DNA of 63,416 nucleotides, filler included, from Reticulomyxa filosa (lineage: Eukaryota > Protista > Foraminifera), in the NCBI GenBank assembly GCA_000512085.1. It is 24 parts of 24 records of this genome, joined end to end, with 100 filler letters (N's around TTAATTAATTAA, not from the genome) between each part and the next. Parts side by side here need not be neighbours in the genome. Positions count along the whole stretch, not along the records: positions 11,658 to 15,778 come from ASPP01022407.1; positions 15,879 to 24,160 come from ASPP01010032.1; 22 more parts are not named here. One strand, written 5' to 3'. Positions within the stretch are counted from its first letter, which is position 1, and every line of letters starts with the position of its first letter. The position numbers and the translations under genes were made by a program. This document shows, in pieces, positions 11,745 through 24,260 of this stretch. Below the pieces are notes generated by a model, which worked only from the letters and a program-made list of their open reading frames with translations, was not told the DNA's origin and ran no database searches.

Positions 11745-13290
11745 CTCTTTGGTGCTGTGCCGCGCCAACAATTATCAGCAGATACTTTTGTGCACATATG
11801 TTGATAGTAAATCTTCTTTCTAATGCTCCGGATTGCCAAAGCTTGAAATTGCCAACTCGTTTAGAATTTTCCATTGGTGCGCGATATGAGAAGTTCGTCC
11901 ACGCTCGGGAGTTGCGATTTTGCGTGTTTCCAGGGATAAAGAGCAAATTCAACACAATCTTTTTCTCTTCATCATCCTCCTCCTCCTCCTCATCATCATC
12001 ATCTCAATCTTCTTGATTGTCGGTGTCTTGATGCGAGTTTCGCGAAACTCTTCCACCGAATTGAATCAATCTCATACGGAACCATAGTGCTTTGATCGGA
12101 CCTCCACGTGAGTTATTTTTTAACGACGTCCAATGGTATTTTCTAACTCGCTTTCTACTTCTTCGTAAGTCCAGTCACTGCCGTCATTGCGACACCGCCA
12201 TGTTGATATCACCGTCTTCTTTTCCTTTCTTCTTGGCGAGCTTGCTTTCGTATTCAAGGCGGCAGCACCAAGGTCGAGATTGTTTGGGATTGGTCTGAGA
12301 GAATCTTGTGCCACTGCCCCATTGCCACCATATCATGGATGTCTTTCAATTATGGAGTTCGCCCGATCTCGTCGCTCTTGTGATGAGATATACACTTTGG
12401 CATTGGAATAATGCTCGTTATTGGAGACATTTGCATCATCACCATGCATCCATTCGACAATGTTTGGATTGATGGTCCAATGATAGATAGCAATATTTTT
12501 CTTTTCTTTTTTTTTTACTATTGGACGTATTCTTTGTTGGTATTCTTTCTGCATTTCTTGCGTACCATGGCTGAACGCGATTTTTTTGAGTACGCCAAAG
12601 ACCCAAACTGCCGATCCGCATCCGATTCAAACGAATACAAATTGGCAACCTCATTGTCCTCCAAGTGCTGGCACAACGTTGCGAATATGCGCACGCACAC
12701 GACGAGTTTTGAGTATTGTTCTGCAATCGCACTATTTCTATAACGACGGGTTTCACTTGCTGGCGCCAATAGACCGCAGTTCAACTTCTTCTTTGGTGAT
12801 GTTCTGCGCCAAGGGTTATCTGCATAGACTTGTGCGCGCCTACGTTGATGGCAAACAAGTCCTTACCAATGTTTCGCGTTGCCATTTCCAGACATTGTCG
12901 AATTTGTTCAGTCTTTTCCATTGGTGTGCGATACGAGAAGGCAGTCCACGCCCGCGAGTGGCGAATTTGCGCGTTTCCAGGCATTAACCGAAATTTCATC
13001 CCCAAACTCAGCAAAGCCGATCGACGCGTTTTTTCTTTTAAAAACAAGTCCAACGCGATATTATTGGAAACCATTTCTTTCATCGATCTCCTATGTCTGG
13101 CAGTTTCTTGGTGCGAGTTTCGCACAACTCCTCAATCGACTTGAGCCACTCTAACATCGAACGGTCCTTCCGACGTAGTGGTTTGCTTGATCCCAATTTG
13201 GATTCTTTTTTAACAACTTCCTCGTCCTTTTCTTCACTCGCCTTCCACTTCCTCGCACGTCCAGTCGCTGCCACCATTGTGATATCATAA
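11745..13290 (-). pseudogene. Two diverged tandem copies (about 11745-12200 and 12800-13290) of a degenerate coding unit of unknown family
   Basis: Conserved peptides PGN.Q.R.SRAWT.FSYR.PME, N.GSDWT.EEVE and S.EE..ETR.K with synonymous differences, interrupted by stops and frame changes. Confidence 0.6.
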
Positions 13291-13421
13291 TGCCGATATC
13301 ATTTTCACTTGCACGACGTCATAATTTTTTTTTCTTTTTGGCGCACTCGCTTCAATTCTGACGGCACCATAGACTTGCTTGCCATCAACGTAGGCACACG
13401 CAAGCCTTTCAAACGCATTCG

Positions 13422-13428
13422 TTGTCGC

Positions 13429-13460
<32 letters not shown>

Positions 13461-13515
13461 ATGCTGTTGTTGTTGATGCTGCTGTCGTTGCTGTTGTTGT
13501 TGCTGCTGCTGTTGT
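13422..13515. repeat. (TGY)n low-complexity repeat
   Basis: TGT/TGC triplet run. Confidence 0.9.
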
Positions 13516-15118
13516 TCTTTTCTCCTTATTCTTCTCCTACTTCTTCTCCTTCTTTTTCTTCTTTTTATTTTTCTATTTTCGTTTTTTTTTTTTTTCTTTT
13601 TTTCAAATTGTCATCTTTTTATTATTTTTTCTTTTTATTTTCCAATCTTTTTTTATTCTCATTCTTTTTTTTTACATTCTTAAATAAAATTTTTTTTCAA
13701 TTCTTAAATAAAATTTTTTTCCATTCTTAAATAAAATTTTTTTTCCATATTTTTTTCCCACTTTTTTTTCTTTATTTTTTTCACAATTTTTTTTCTCATT
13801 TTTTTTCTAATTTCTTTTTTTCCCCTCATTCTTTTCCCATCCCTCTCAAATACAAATAAAAAATAAAAAATAAAAAACAAAAAAAACTTCCCAGTCTTTT
13901 GATCTTGACTCCTATTAATACACACAATTAAAATAACTTTTTCATTTTTTAGAAAAAAACAAAACATACTTTGATCGATGAGCTTGAAGCTCCACTTCCA
14001 ATCTATCTATTTTTTTTTTCTTGTCACGGGGGTGGGATGCAACACATTTTTTTTTGTGGGGGCATGCCTATTCAAACAACAAACAAACATTTGATAAAAA
14101 AATAAAATAAAAAATAAAAAATAAACCTTTTGATTTTTTTTTCGATGCAGGGGTGGCTTCAACCCCAAGTTTTTCTTTGGAGTGTGTACGTTTTTTTTAT
14201 TTTATTTTTTGATGGACGGGTTGCGGCTATTAAATGCAAATCAAGTTAATTATATCAACAAAAAAAATATATATATAACAAACCTTGGTTTCTCCTTGCG
14301 GAGACGGGGGGCCTTACCCCATAATCTTTTCTTTTTTTCTCTTTTGTTGAGTGATGCAAAGCATCCAAATAAAAAGACATTTTTTTTTTTCCAAAGTGGA
14401 CTGTTCTGTTACAAAAACAAAACCACTTTTTTTCAGTTGCAAAATTATTTATAAAAAAAAAAAAAGACATACTGTTTGGATAGTGCGAATGCACCCTAAT
14501 TACAAGCTGGACCAGAGACAAAAAAAAAAAAGACCTTTTTTTCATTAAGACATAAATTAACAACTCATAAATGTTTATTAAAAAGATGCAAATTTGGAAT
14601 TTTTTGGAATATTTTATCGTTTTTGACAAAAAAACATGAAAAAAAGAACTGTTAAAATTTTGAATAGTATTTTATTTGTTGTTCTACAAGTGTAGACAAC
14701 ATAGAACTTGCCATCAAGGATTGCTTCTCCAATGAACTCCTCTGCAAAAATGGAACCGTTGTAGGATACCATATCTTTACCATTGAGGAAATATCCGTAC
14801 ACAATTTGAATATCCTTTAAACTGACTTTGAAACAACAGTGTAAGATTTCGGCAGATGGATTGCACATTAAAATACAAAATTCAAACATAAAGAAATTCT
14901 TTGAGATAAATTTGAAGTTTTTTTAAGCATCCAATCAATTGTAAAATGGAATTTTTTAATTTGGCCATATTTTAACTTGAAAAAGTAAAGGAAAGGGAGT
15001 AGAACAACAATAAAAATGACCAAAGAATAGAAACAAAAGAGTTCAATTGATACCTTTGGATTGCCATAATTAGCAAGCAAACAAAAAAAAGATAATTGTG
15101 AATAAATTCTCTGAAAAT

Positions 15119-15778
15119 TCATACACAAGTATTTTTTACTTTCATTTTTGCTTGCAATGTCCTGATATGCCATTCTCCAAACAATGCAGTATATGTCTTC
15201 CATGCTCCTTCAAAATGTCCGCTCGCTGTTTTATAGTTTCCCATTGTTTCAAATTCAAGCCCTAAAGTCCAAAACAAATAAGCCACATCATCATTATTAA
15301 ATCCAAAAATTTCTAACGTAATCTCCAATGATTTTTCATAATATTCAATCGCTTTATTGTGCTCTTTATATTGATAAATTCCTCCTAATCTGTTATATGA
15401 TAATGCAACGTCTACATGTTTGGCTCCAAAAATTGCTACTCTGGTTTCTAATGCCTTCATATGGTATTCAATTGCTTTGTCATATTGTGCCCACTCACCA
15501 TAAGTATTACCTAAGTTTTCATACAAATTGGCAACAAAATTACAATTAATCCCAAAGATGTCCACTACAATCTGCAATACTTTTTCATAGAATTCAATTG
15601 CATGTTCATTTTGCCTTCTATCGTAATAAGTATTTCCAATTGAATTATATGCAATTGCAACATAATGATGACTCAAACCAAAAGTATTAATTGCAATTTT
15701 CAAATATTGTATCCAGCAATCAACAGATTCATCAAACAAGTATTGCTTTTCTTAAATTCTTCTCCTTTATCCTCGATA
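15119..15778 (-). CDS. Tetratricopeptide-repeat protein (42-aa kinesin-light-chain-like TPR), C-terminal part
   Basis: Repeats of H..VA..YN.LG..Y......AIEYYEK.L.I....FG. Confidence 0.9.
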
Positions 15779-15878
15779 NNNNNNNNNNNNNNNNNNNNNN
15801 NNNNNNNNNNNNNNNNNNNNNNTTAATTAATTAANNNNNNNNNNNNNNNNNNNNNNNNNNNNNNNNNNNNNNNNNNNN

Positions 15879-16040
15879 ACATATATACATATATATACAT
15901 ATATATACATATATGTACATATATGTATATATATGTATATATATGTATATATATGTATATATGCATATATGTATATATATATGCATATATATGTATATAT
16001 GTATATATGCATATATGTGTATATATGTAAATGTGTATGC
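15879..16040. repeat. (TA/CATA/TATG)n microsatellite
   Basis: Direct observation. Confidence 0.95.
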
Positions 16041-17000
16041 AAACATTTCAAGTTTTAGCTGTATTCACCTCGACTGTTCTCCCCGGATTTCACACGACTT
16101 GTTGTGATTGCTTACTATCTCATCGTGGCTTATCGACTCTTTCACCAAGTTTTTTTTATGTAAACATGATGAACGGGGTACTTTCACTTTTCTGTTGCAA
16201 TGCATATGTGATGCTTCTTTTTTTTAAATTGGGAGGGTATGTGCCACAAGAAGAAGAAGAAGAAGAAGAAGGAGGGTATGTCCATTCGCGCATACCCGTC
16301 AGGGGACACTTCTACCGCAACGTCGCCATGAAGCACACAAAAAAAAAATGCACCAACAACGTCAACCAAAAAAAGCGCCGCATTTTGTTTTGATATCGAT
16401 TTTTTTTTGGGTTGCACCTTAGCACACGATGATAAAATAGGGTTTTTTTTTATGAAAAAAAAATTCAAAATTCAACCAGGGTCAACACCTGGCCCACAAA
16501 AAGTGTACAATAGCGTCTTAATAAGCGTAAGGGAAGTCTGTTTAAACTTAGGAATTGCTTTTTTTAAACTTACTTTTCTACTTTCGTTGACTCCTTTTTT
16601 TTAGTGTTTTTGTTTATCTGCTTTATTTTTTTATTTGAATACTTTTGTTTTTGTTGATATTCGCCTGAAATTGCGGCATTTTAACAGCAGTTGAAAAGAA
16701 ACAAGTCAAAACCTAAATCGCACTTTTTTGGCTCCAAACAAAAATAGAAAAAGGACAGTCGTTAGTTGTGTATTATTGTAATCTTTTATCCTGATACGTG
16801 TTATCCATTGGACTCGTTTTCAAATTGGGTTTGTGGCAAATAAAACTCGGAGTACGTTAAATCGGTAGAGACGAGTAGTTTTAAAACTCGGACAAAAAAA
16901 AAGCTTTGTGGATCAACTCCCATTGAACTTGATTCAAAACAAACGAGAGGGTTGGTATTGTTAGAAAAGTATACGTCAATAGAGCTTCAAGACATTGAAC

Positions 17001-18278
17001 ATGTCTCAATCCACCACAAATTCGTTTCGTGTGCAAACAGCATTTTTGAGTTTTTTTAAAACGTGTCCGGAATTATTTTCTTACGTGACAAAAACAGGAA
17101 CACACATAAAAAAAACACATATAACGTAGCTATTTTGGAGTAAACTTTGAGGACGACATGCTAAGCAGCACATTGGAGGCATTTTCTCCAACAGCTGTGT
17201 CAGATGTCGATTTCGGGAAGAGTTTATTGCCACGTTGGCAAAGAACGCAAGCGAAGACAAAGCACCAAGGTTCAGAAAATGAGTCATCCCATGGCAACAT
17301 ACAGCCGGACCATTATATGTCCAAGAGGCAGCCTATGAATCAGGACAAATCAGATCATTTTAACAGTACAACATATTCGAAAGAGTTTTGCCAACGATTA
17401 TTATTATTTTTTTTTTCCGGCACTTTTGCAAAAAAAAAAAAAAAAAAAAACCTGTATGTCACATGCGCGTTCCTCAAGTACCCCCCTTTTTTTTTTTTTT
17501 TTTTTGCACCGTGTGCATTTTGTGATCTGTTTGAATGAGTTACAACCCCAAACAAAAAATGTTGATTTTTTAATGTCGTGTGTATACTTTGTGTTAAACA
17601 AGATTGGTGCGAGGTAATGGCCAAGAAGATAAATGGCACAGTAATCAAATGAATGAGACAAAAGAAAGAGAAATGTCGTCCTCGTTGCTCTCTGAACAAA
17701 GCTGTTCAAATCCGGGCCATAACGTTGATGCCAAAGTTTGGGTTGCAATACATCCGCACAAAAAAAAAAAAAAATTGAACTCATTTTTTCAAAATTCCTT
17801 TAAAAAAAATTTATGTGATGGAAAAAAAAAAATTTTTCTAAAACTTGAAGAAAAAAATGGGGACTAAAAAAAAAAAAAAACATACACATAGATTTTGGCG
17901 TACCAAGAAAAGGCTCCACAGCCGAGTGAGGGATATGTGTCGACATTGCGTGTGCTTTACACTGGAGAAGCAGCGAGCGTGAAAGACAGCAGCGAGAGCT
18001 TGAACAAGTGCCGTGTGGTGTCGCAGTCGGCGGAGAGGATACTGGATGCACCTGAACTGCGCGACTGCTTTTATAGCAATCCTTTGGACTGGGGACAATC
18101 GAATACCGTTGCAATTGGTTTGGGGTCAAGTGTATATTTGTGGAACACTGTCACCACTGAAGCAGATCTGTTACAAGAGAAGGATAAAGAAGATTCCTCT
18201 GTGTGTTCGGTCAGATGGACACACACTGGCACTCATCTCGGTTTGTTTGTTTTCTTTCTATGCAATGCATATACACAC

Positions 18279-18311
<33 letters not shown>

Positions 18312-19326
18312 TGTGCATACATATGAAATATATTGTATGACATTGGATCACAGCGGTTGGAATGAGTGACAATACAGTGGCATTATGGGATGTGAAGAAT
18401 AAAAAAGTCTTGCGCCGAATTCGAGGACACTCGGCGCGGGTGGGTTGTCTGGCGTGGAATAACTTTATTCTGTCCACTGGCAGCTGCGACTCGACAATTA
18501 TGAATCACGATGTACGCGCGAAAGAGTCATTGCTCGCTACTTTGAAAGGACACGAACAAGAAATTTGTGGCTTGCAATGGGACAGCAATACCGATGGCAC
18601 TTATTTGGCGTCGGGTGGAAATGATAATGTCGCCTGCGTTTGGGAATACAATCAATTGGTTCTTTATCTTTCATGTTTTTATATATGTGTATATGTTATA
18701 CACATAATTTATTTGCTTGTTTCGGATATGCTGTGAGATGACTTGTAGAGTGCGAACGAGCCAACCCCAAAATGTGTGTTGCGAGAGTCAAGAGCAGCGG
18801 TGAAAGCATTAGCGTGGTGCCCTTGGCAAAAGGCTTTGCTTGCGGCTGGTGGTGGCACAGGCGATATGCATATTCGCTTTTACGATGTTAACTCAGGAAA
18901 CTGCTTCAATGAAGTCAACACACAGTCGCAAGTGTGCAGCTTGCAATGGAATCCATTTGACAAGGAAATTTTATCCTCCCATGGCTTTAGTAAATACCAA
19001 TTGTCCATTTGGAAGTATCCGTCCTTAATCAAAACTCATGACCTCACTGGTCACACTTCTCGAGTGTTACACACAGTTGAGTTTTTTGTTACACTTTCGT
19101 CACGTTTCAAATTTTTTATTTTGCTATTTGTCATTGTGCTTGTTTGGAAAAAAAAAAAAAAAAAAAAAAAAAGGCGTTGTCCCCAGATGGCACAGTGGTC
19201 TGTTCAGGTGCTGCTGATGAAACTTTGCGGTTTTGGAAAGTTTTTGAAAAAGTGAAACCTACAACGAAATACACACAGGAAATCCTGAAAAAACAATCAA
19301 ATTCTGGAAACTTGAAAATTCGATGA
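17001..19326 (+). CDS. CDC20: APC/C activator CDC20/Fizzy (WD40), multi-exon; start approximate
   Basis: ILAYQEKAP, ERILDAPELRDCFYSNPLDW, GHEQEICGLQW, LASGGNDN, AAVKALAWCPWQ, SQVCSLQW, SGAADETLRFW and a C-terminal IR tail. Confidence 0.93.
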
Positions 19327-19595
19327 CATCCCAATGCTTATAATTCAAGTGTTTGACTCATCGACACTCATTTTTTTTTTGGTCAATGGGATAGGGGATT
19401 GATGTATTTTTTTTTTCTTATTTACAAAAAAGAAAAGGACCAACAACAATTTTATTTTTGTTGTTGATGCTCTTTCTTTTTTCAAACTTATCAATTGAAT
19501 CCCAAAATTATTTTAAAAAACTGATCTGTCTTGCATAGTTTGCAAAATATGGCTACTTATTTCAATTTGTTGCTATGTTTTGTCTTCGTTTGAAA

Positions 19596-20285
19596 AATAA
19601 CAAAGATAAAATTGCTTATGTATAAAGTAATTAAGAACAAACAAAATCAAAAACAACTCTTGCAAACAAATTAAAAAAAACATAAGTTCTTATTTAATCT
19701 TGTTGTTGATTTTACTTTTTTTATATTTAGTTCATAAATTGCAAAAATTGTAAATTTCTAAAAAATGTAATTAGTGATATTATATTATGAGTTGTCAGAA
19801 TAGTTTGTAGTATTGTTAGTGTTGGTGGAATAGTTTGGATTGCTTGAAGAATTTGAAGAATTAATATTACGATGCTCAATGATCAAAACGGCCCTTCCTA
19901 AAAAAACAAAAACAATGACAAATATCTAAATGAAAATATATAATTAACTTGTTAATGGAACAACTAGAAAGGTTAAACCAAAAAATACTCTAATACTGTA
20001 ACGCAAAGGCGTTATACTTGTCAAAATAAATTCCATAAAGCAGCCCAATTATACTTAAACTTTGAACTACGATTAGCCGAATCATCTAATTAAAAAAATG
20101 AGGTGAACTGTATAAAAAAATGAATTTTTTGAACTTAAAAAATTTTAATTAATTTTAATATTTCTTACTTTACTTTTAAATTAACTAAAAATAATATTTA
20201 AAAATAATTATTTAGTATATAGATCAATGACAAAAGTATTTTGAAAATCATAATTTCTTTCAAATCTTTTTAAAGCATATATAAT
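19596..20285. repeat. Dispersed repeat, homologous to 30618-31313
   Basis: Colinear shared blocks AATAACAAAGATAAAATTGCTTA, GCTTGAAGA.TTTGAAGAATTA, CCTTCCTAAAAAAA, TAAAAAAATGAGGT. Confidence 0.8.
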
Positions 20286-21515
20286 TTTTTTTTGTTAATT
20301 ATATTATTCTTTCAAATAGAAATTTTATAAAGTCAAATTTATTGTTATTACTTTTGATATTATTTCAACAGCAACGTCTTTTTAAATAAATTTTCACAAA
20401 GAGTCTTGCAAGCAATCAAATTTTTTTTTCATTTTTCCATTAAAGTTGATGCTTTTGTTAAACAAAGTGGCAAACAGTATGTGATACAAAAATTATTATT
20501 AAATGAATTAAAAATATAACAATGTTAGGACAAATGTCTCTTCTTTAACCGTTTCAAAACTTAAAAACAGTGAAAGTGTTAATATCGTAGTCTTATCGTT
20601 AACAGAAAAATTTATAGCACAAAATGTAAAAGGTGATAGCTATTGTGAAAAAGATTAACAACAAAAAATTGTGAATATCTTATTCTTTGATTGAAGAAAT
20701 TTTTCTAATAATTGTGTTTTAAAATCAATATACAAGCATTCAATACGGAAAAATACACATCTAAACTTACTTTGCATATTCTATTCAATGAAAATAACAC
20801 CCAAAAACAAATAATACCCACAATTGAGTTTATTTTGTTGTAAGTATAAATGTCAATTAGGATATAGCATGTGGAGAGTGTTGATTAAACACATGCAAGA
20901 GTATGGCCACTGCGAGAAAGTAAAAGCAGATGCTCCAGATACTCAGACCCCGGCCTCAAAGCAGACAAAATTAGAACTCTACTTGGTTCAAATCAACATA
21001 TATTGATGTGCTGATTTGAAGGAAAATCTACACTTATTGAAAGTGTGTTTTCAAGCTTGTGAGAGGAAGCAAGCAAAACAACTACAAAACAAAAAAACAA
21101 AAACAACAAAGGGGAAAGCAAACTACAGACAACACGCAACAAACAATTTTGGAACCTGCCAAGAGTGCGTTTTGAAGTATAGGATTGGTGCTAAACTTAC
21201 AAAGTGGAAACATAACTCTTAATTGTCAATTTTTAACACGATTCCCCTTTTTTTAAAATAATTTTAACGAATGTGATGTCTTTCGTTTTCTTGGATATAC
21301 AACAAAAACAAAAAAGCAAGTTGAAATCCAAAAGGTTGGACAAATCGTATTGAACTGGAAATCATTTTTAATCTATCTGTTCACAACATCGCTGTATGTC
21401 CAAATGATTGATATCACAGCATTTTTTCAATAAGCAAAAAATGTTGAGTCAGAGAAATCTCACACTATCTTGAAATAAAAAAGGAAAAGTAGCATTAAAT
21501 GAGTTATGCTGAGAT

Positions 21516-22379
21516 ATGGCTGGAGAATTTTCAAAAATATCGCATGTGAATAGTTTTCCAGAATTTGAAATTGGAGAACCTTTGGATTTTGCTTTTTTGG
21601 AAATCCAACAAATGGAAGGTTCGTTTTTAAAAAAAATTAAAAAAAATGTTAAAAAGCTGTATTTTGTTTCTCTGGATAGATTTGATTGAGAAAGAGCCAA
21701 ACTCAGGAAAAAGGCGCCCAATTATCAAAAAAGAAACAAATAAAAACCAAGCTCAGGTACAGAACGCATACTGGTATTAAAAAAAGCAAACAAAGTTTTT
21801 TTTTGTGACCAGTCAGTAATATTGGCAACCGAATTTGAAAAAAGCTCTGCAGAATTTGATGATACATCCAAATTCAACAAGAAAACATTAACTGTTGCAC
21901 TGCGACTTTGTAACAATGAAATAAAGTCGTTTGAAGGTCTAAGTAAAGTTGTGAACTTAGTTCTTGTTCCTCCCTTTCAGATATTTTGGCTAGATATTAG
22001 TTGTAATCAAGTCTCACAAATCCACGAGGTATAAAAAAATTAGAGAAAAGAAGTGGAAAATGTGTGTGGATTATGTATTGATTTGGTGTCTAAACAGGAA
22101 CTACTACAATTAAAAACTTTAAAAATTTTATATTTGCACGCGAATCAAATCTCTTCTAAAAAACAAGTTGAACGATTAAAGCAATTGCCTGACCTAATAA
22201 AATTAACTTTATTTCAAAATCCGATAGAGCAAACAGATGATTATCGAATTTTTACAATTGCAACGTTTCCAAATTTATTAGCGTTAGACTTTGTCAGAAT
22301 CACTCCTCAAGATAAAAGCCTTTCATGCATAAAAAGCCAACATAAAACCGCTAACAAAAATAATAGCACAGTAGAATAA
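21516..22379 (+). CDS. LRRC51: Leucine-rich repeat protein 51-like (cilia/flagella-associated), 4 exons
   Basis: Spliced product PLDFAF..DLIEKEPNSG..LRLCNNEI..WLDISCN..ILYLHANQI..LTLFQNPIE..YR..LDF..IT..DK is colinear with LRRC51; three in-phase GT-AG introns. Confidence 0.8.
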
Positions 22380-22840
22380 GAAAAGGAGTAAAAGTAAAGC
22401 AACCAATTCTCTCCATGAAACACAAACGTTTATTAAAAATTTTTTTAGGATTTATATATCTTTTTTTCAAAAAAGTATTAACACTTGAATTTTTTAGGTG
22501 TTTTTTTTATTTTTAAAACTATAAAATTGGTGTTTGTGAAGTTTTCAAATATTATTTCTAAAAATTGTAATTGTTACAATAAAAAAATTATTAGTTAAAT
22601 CTTTGTTTTTATATGAAAAACGGATTATCGCTTTTTGACTTGCTTTTGTTCTACTGAGCCGTTGAGTATTTTTAAACAAAGTAAAACGAATTTTTAAAAT
22701 TTAATTAAAAAACAAACATATGTAATTGAAGAGTATTTCTACTTAACCAATTTTTGGAACACTTTTATACATTCTCAAAAAAGAAATAATTTATGTTTGC
22801 TCGACAACTCAGAAAGAGAGCCAACTAGGATCGAAAGAAC

Positions 22841-24160
22841 ATGCATCTTCACAAAGAGTTGATAAAACGACGAATTTGCGAGTTGCAAAACCAAGAAACA
22901 CGTTACTGCAACAACGAGCATCTCCAAAACAAGTGCAATATCCAAGCAAGCAAATACCGAACAACTCATCACGGCCAACAAATCAAAGATGACAACCAAC
23001 ACAAGTTTGCCTTGGTCTTGTTCATGAGCAGACGACCAGATGACCCAAAAGCTCCAATACATTCCACAAAGAAAAATCAGAGCCGAAACAGCAGTCAAGA
23101 TAGTAAAGTGGCTCCATTCGAAAGATTGGAGTTTGAAGCTGATAGATCTACAGTACGAATGAAGACAAGCGTCACCTCTATTGCACCGCAAAAATGTAGT
23201 GTAGCAATTGTAGCAGAATAAAAACAGTGGGATCCAGCTGGAAAGCTATGGAAAATCATTGCGATAACACTTTGAATCGACGGTGGTACTTTGGCCATAA
23301 TCGTTGTATTGATTGTCTTGCAGGTGCAAATTGGTATTGGGATATTGAAACACAAGGTAGTGGCTTAGTGCTGGTGGACTTTGAAATGAAAAGTTAGTTT
23401 TGAACAAAAAATGAAAGTTCAGGGTTTTTCATTTTTTTTTTCTTGATTGATTTCTTGCAAATAACAATAAAAAAAAAATGTCCAAAGGGCTGACTTTCTC
23501 TGAGCAGATAGTACTATTTAAATTATATATTTGGCGTGTCCAAAGAAAGAGTGTGCGTTTGCAGCAGCTAATAGAGCGAATGGGTAAAAAAACGGCGGCA
23601 GCGCACCAGCAACTAGTGCAAATGATGGAATTAGTAGAAGTTTTGTGTGTTGATGTTTGATGTGTGTGATGTTTGGAGTCGTTTTGCAAACATTGGACAA
23701 TGTCTACGAAGTATTAAAAACAAACAAACAAAAAAAAAAAAAAAAAATGAAAAAATGACGATAGCGACAAATAGAAAGTATCAGCGCAAGGATGTGTAAG
23801 CTCAAAGCTACTGAGAACCAGTTGCGACAAGAATTAGATTCGATTTGCATAGTAAGACACAATATTTTCCAACTTTTCGTTTACATTTATCTTCAATGTA
23901 AACATATTGGATTTGAACTAAATGTGTGCACGTTCAAACCAATCAAAAAAAAAAAAAAAAAAAACGGAAAACAGCGACAAAACAAAGGAGTGGAAAAGTT
24001 TGCATAAGAACAATCGTTTGATAATTAATGAGACACTGATGACAACAGCACAAAAGCATGAGGACTACGGTTTGCAATTGAACTGTATGAAATCGGATTT
24101 GAAGCTTGTCCAATCTTTGCTTCAAAACAAAGGTCGATGTCACCCTGAGCAAGTGAGTCA
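22841..24160 (+). CDS. Hypothetical protein fragments (coiled-coil-like), structure uncertain
   Basis: Several short ORFs separated by intron-like poly-A/T tracts; no recognised motif. Confidence 0.25.
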
Positions 24161-24260
24161 NNNNNNNNNNNNNNNNNNNNNNNNNNNNNNNNNNNNNNNN
24201 NNNNTTAATTAATTAANNNNNNNNNNNNNNNNNNNNNNNNNNNNNNNNNNNNNNNNNNNN

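Noticed and set aside
15827-16107. ORFs rich in Y/I/H/M
   Set aside because: Translations of TA microsatellite and linker sequence
22775-23355. Hydrophobic minus-strand ORFs resembling a multi-pass membrane protein
   Set aside because: Could equally be antisense of an A-rich plus-strand frame; no family motif
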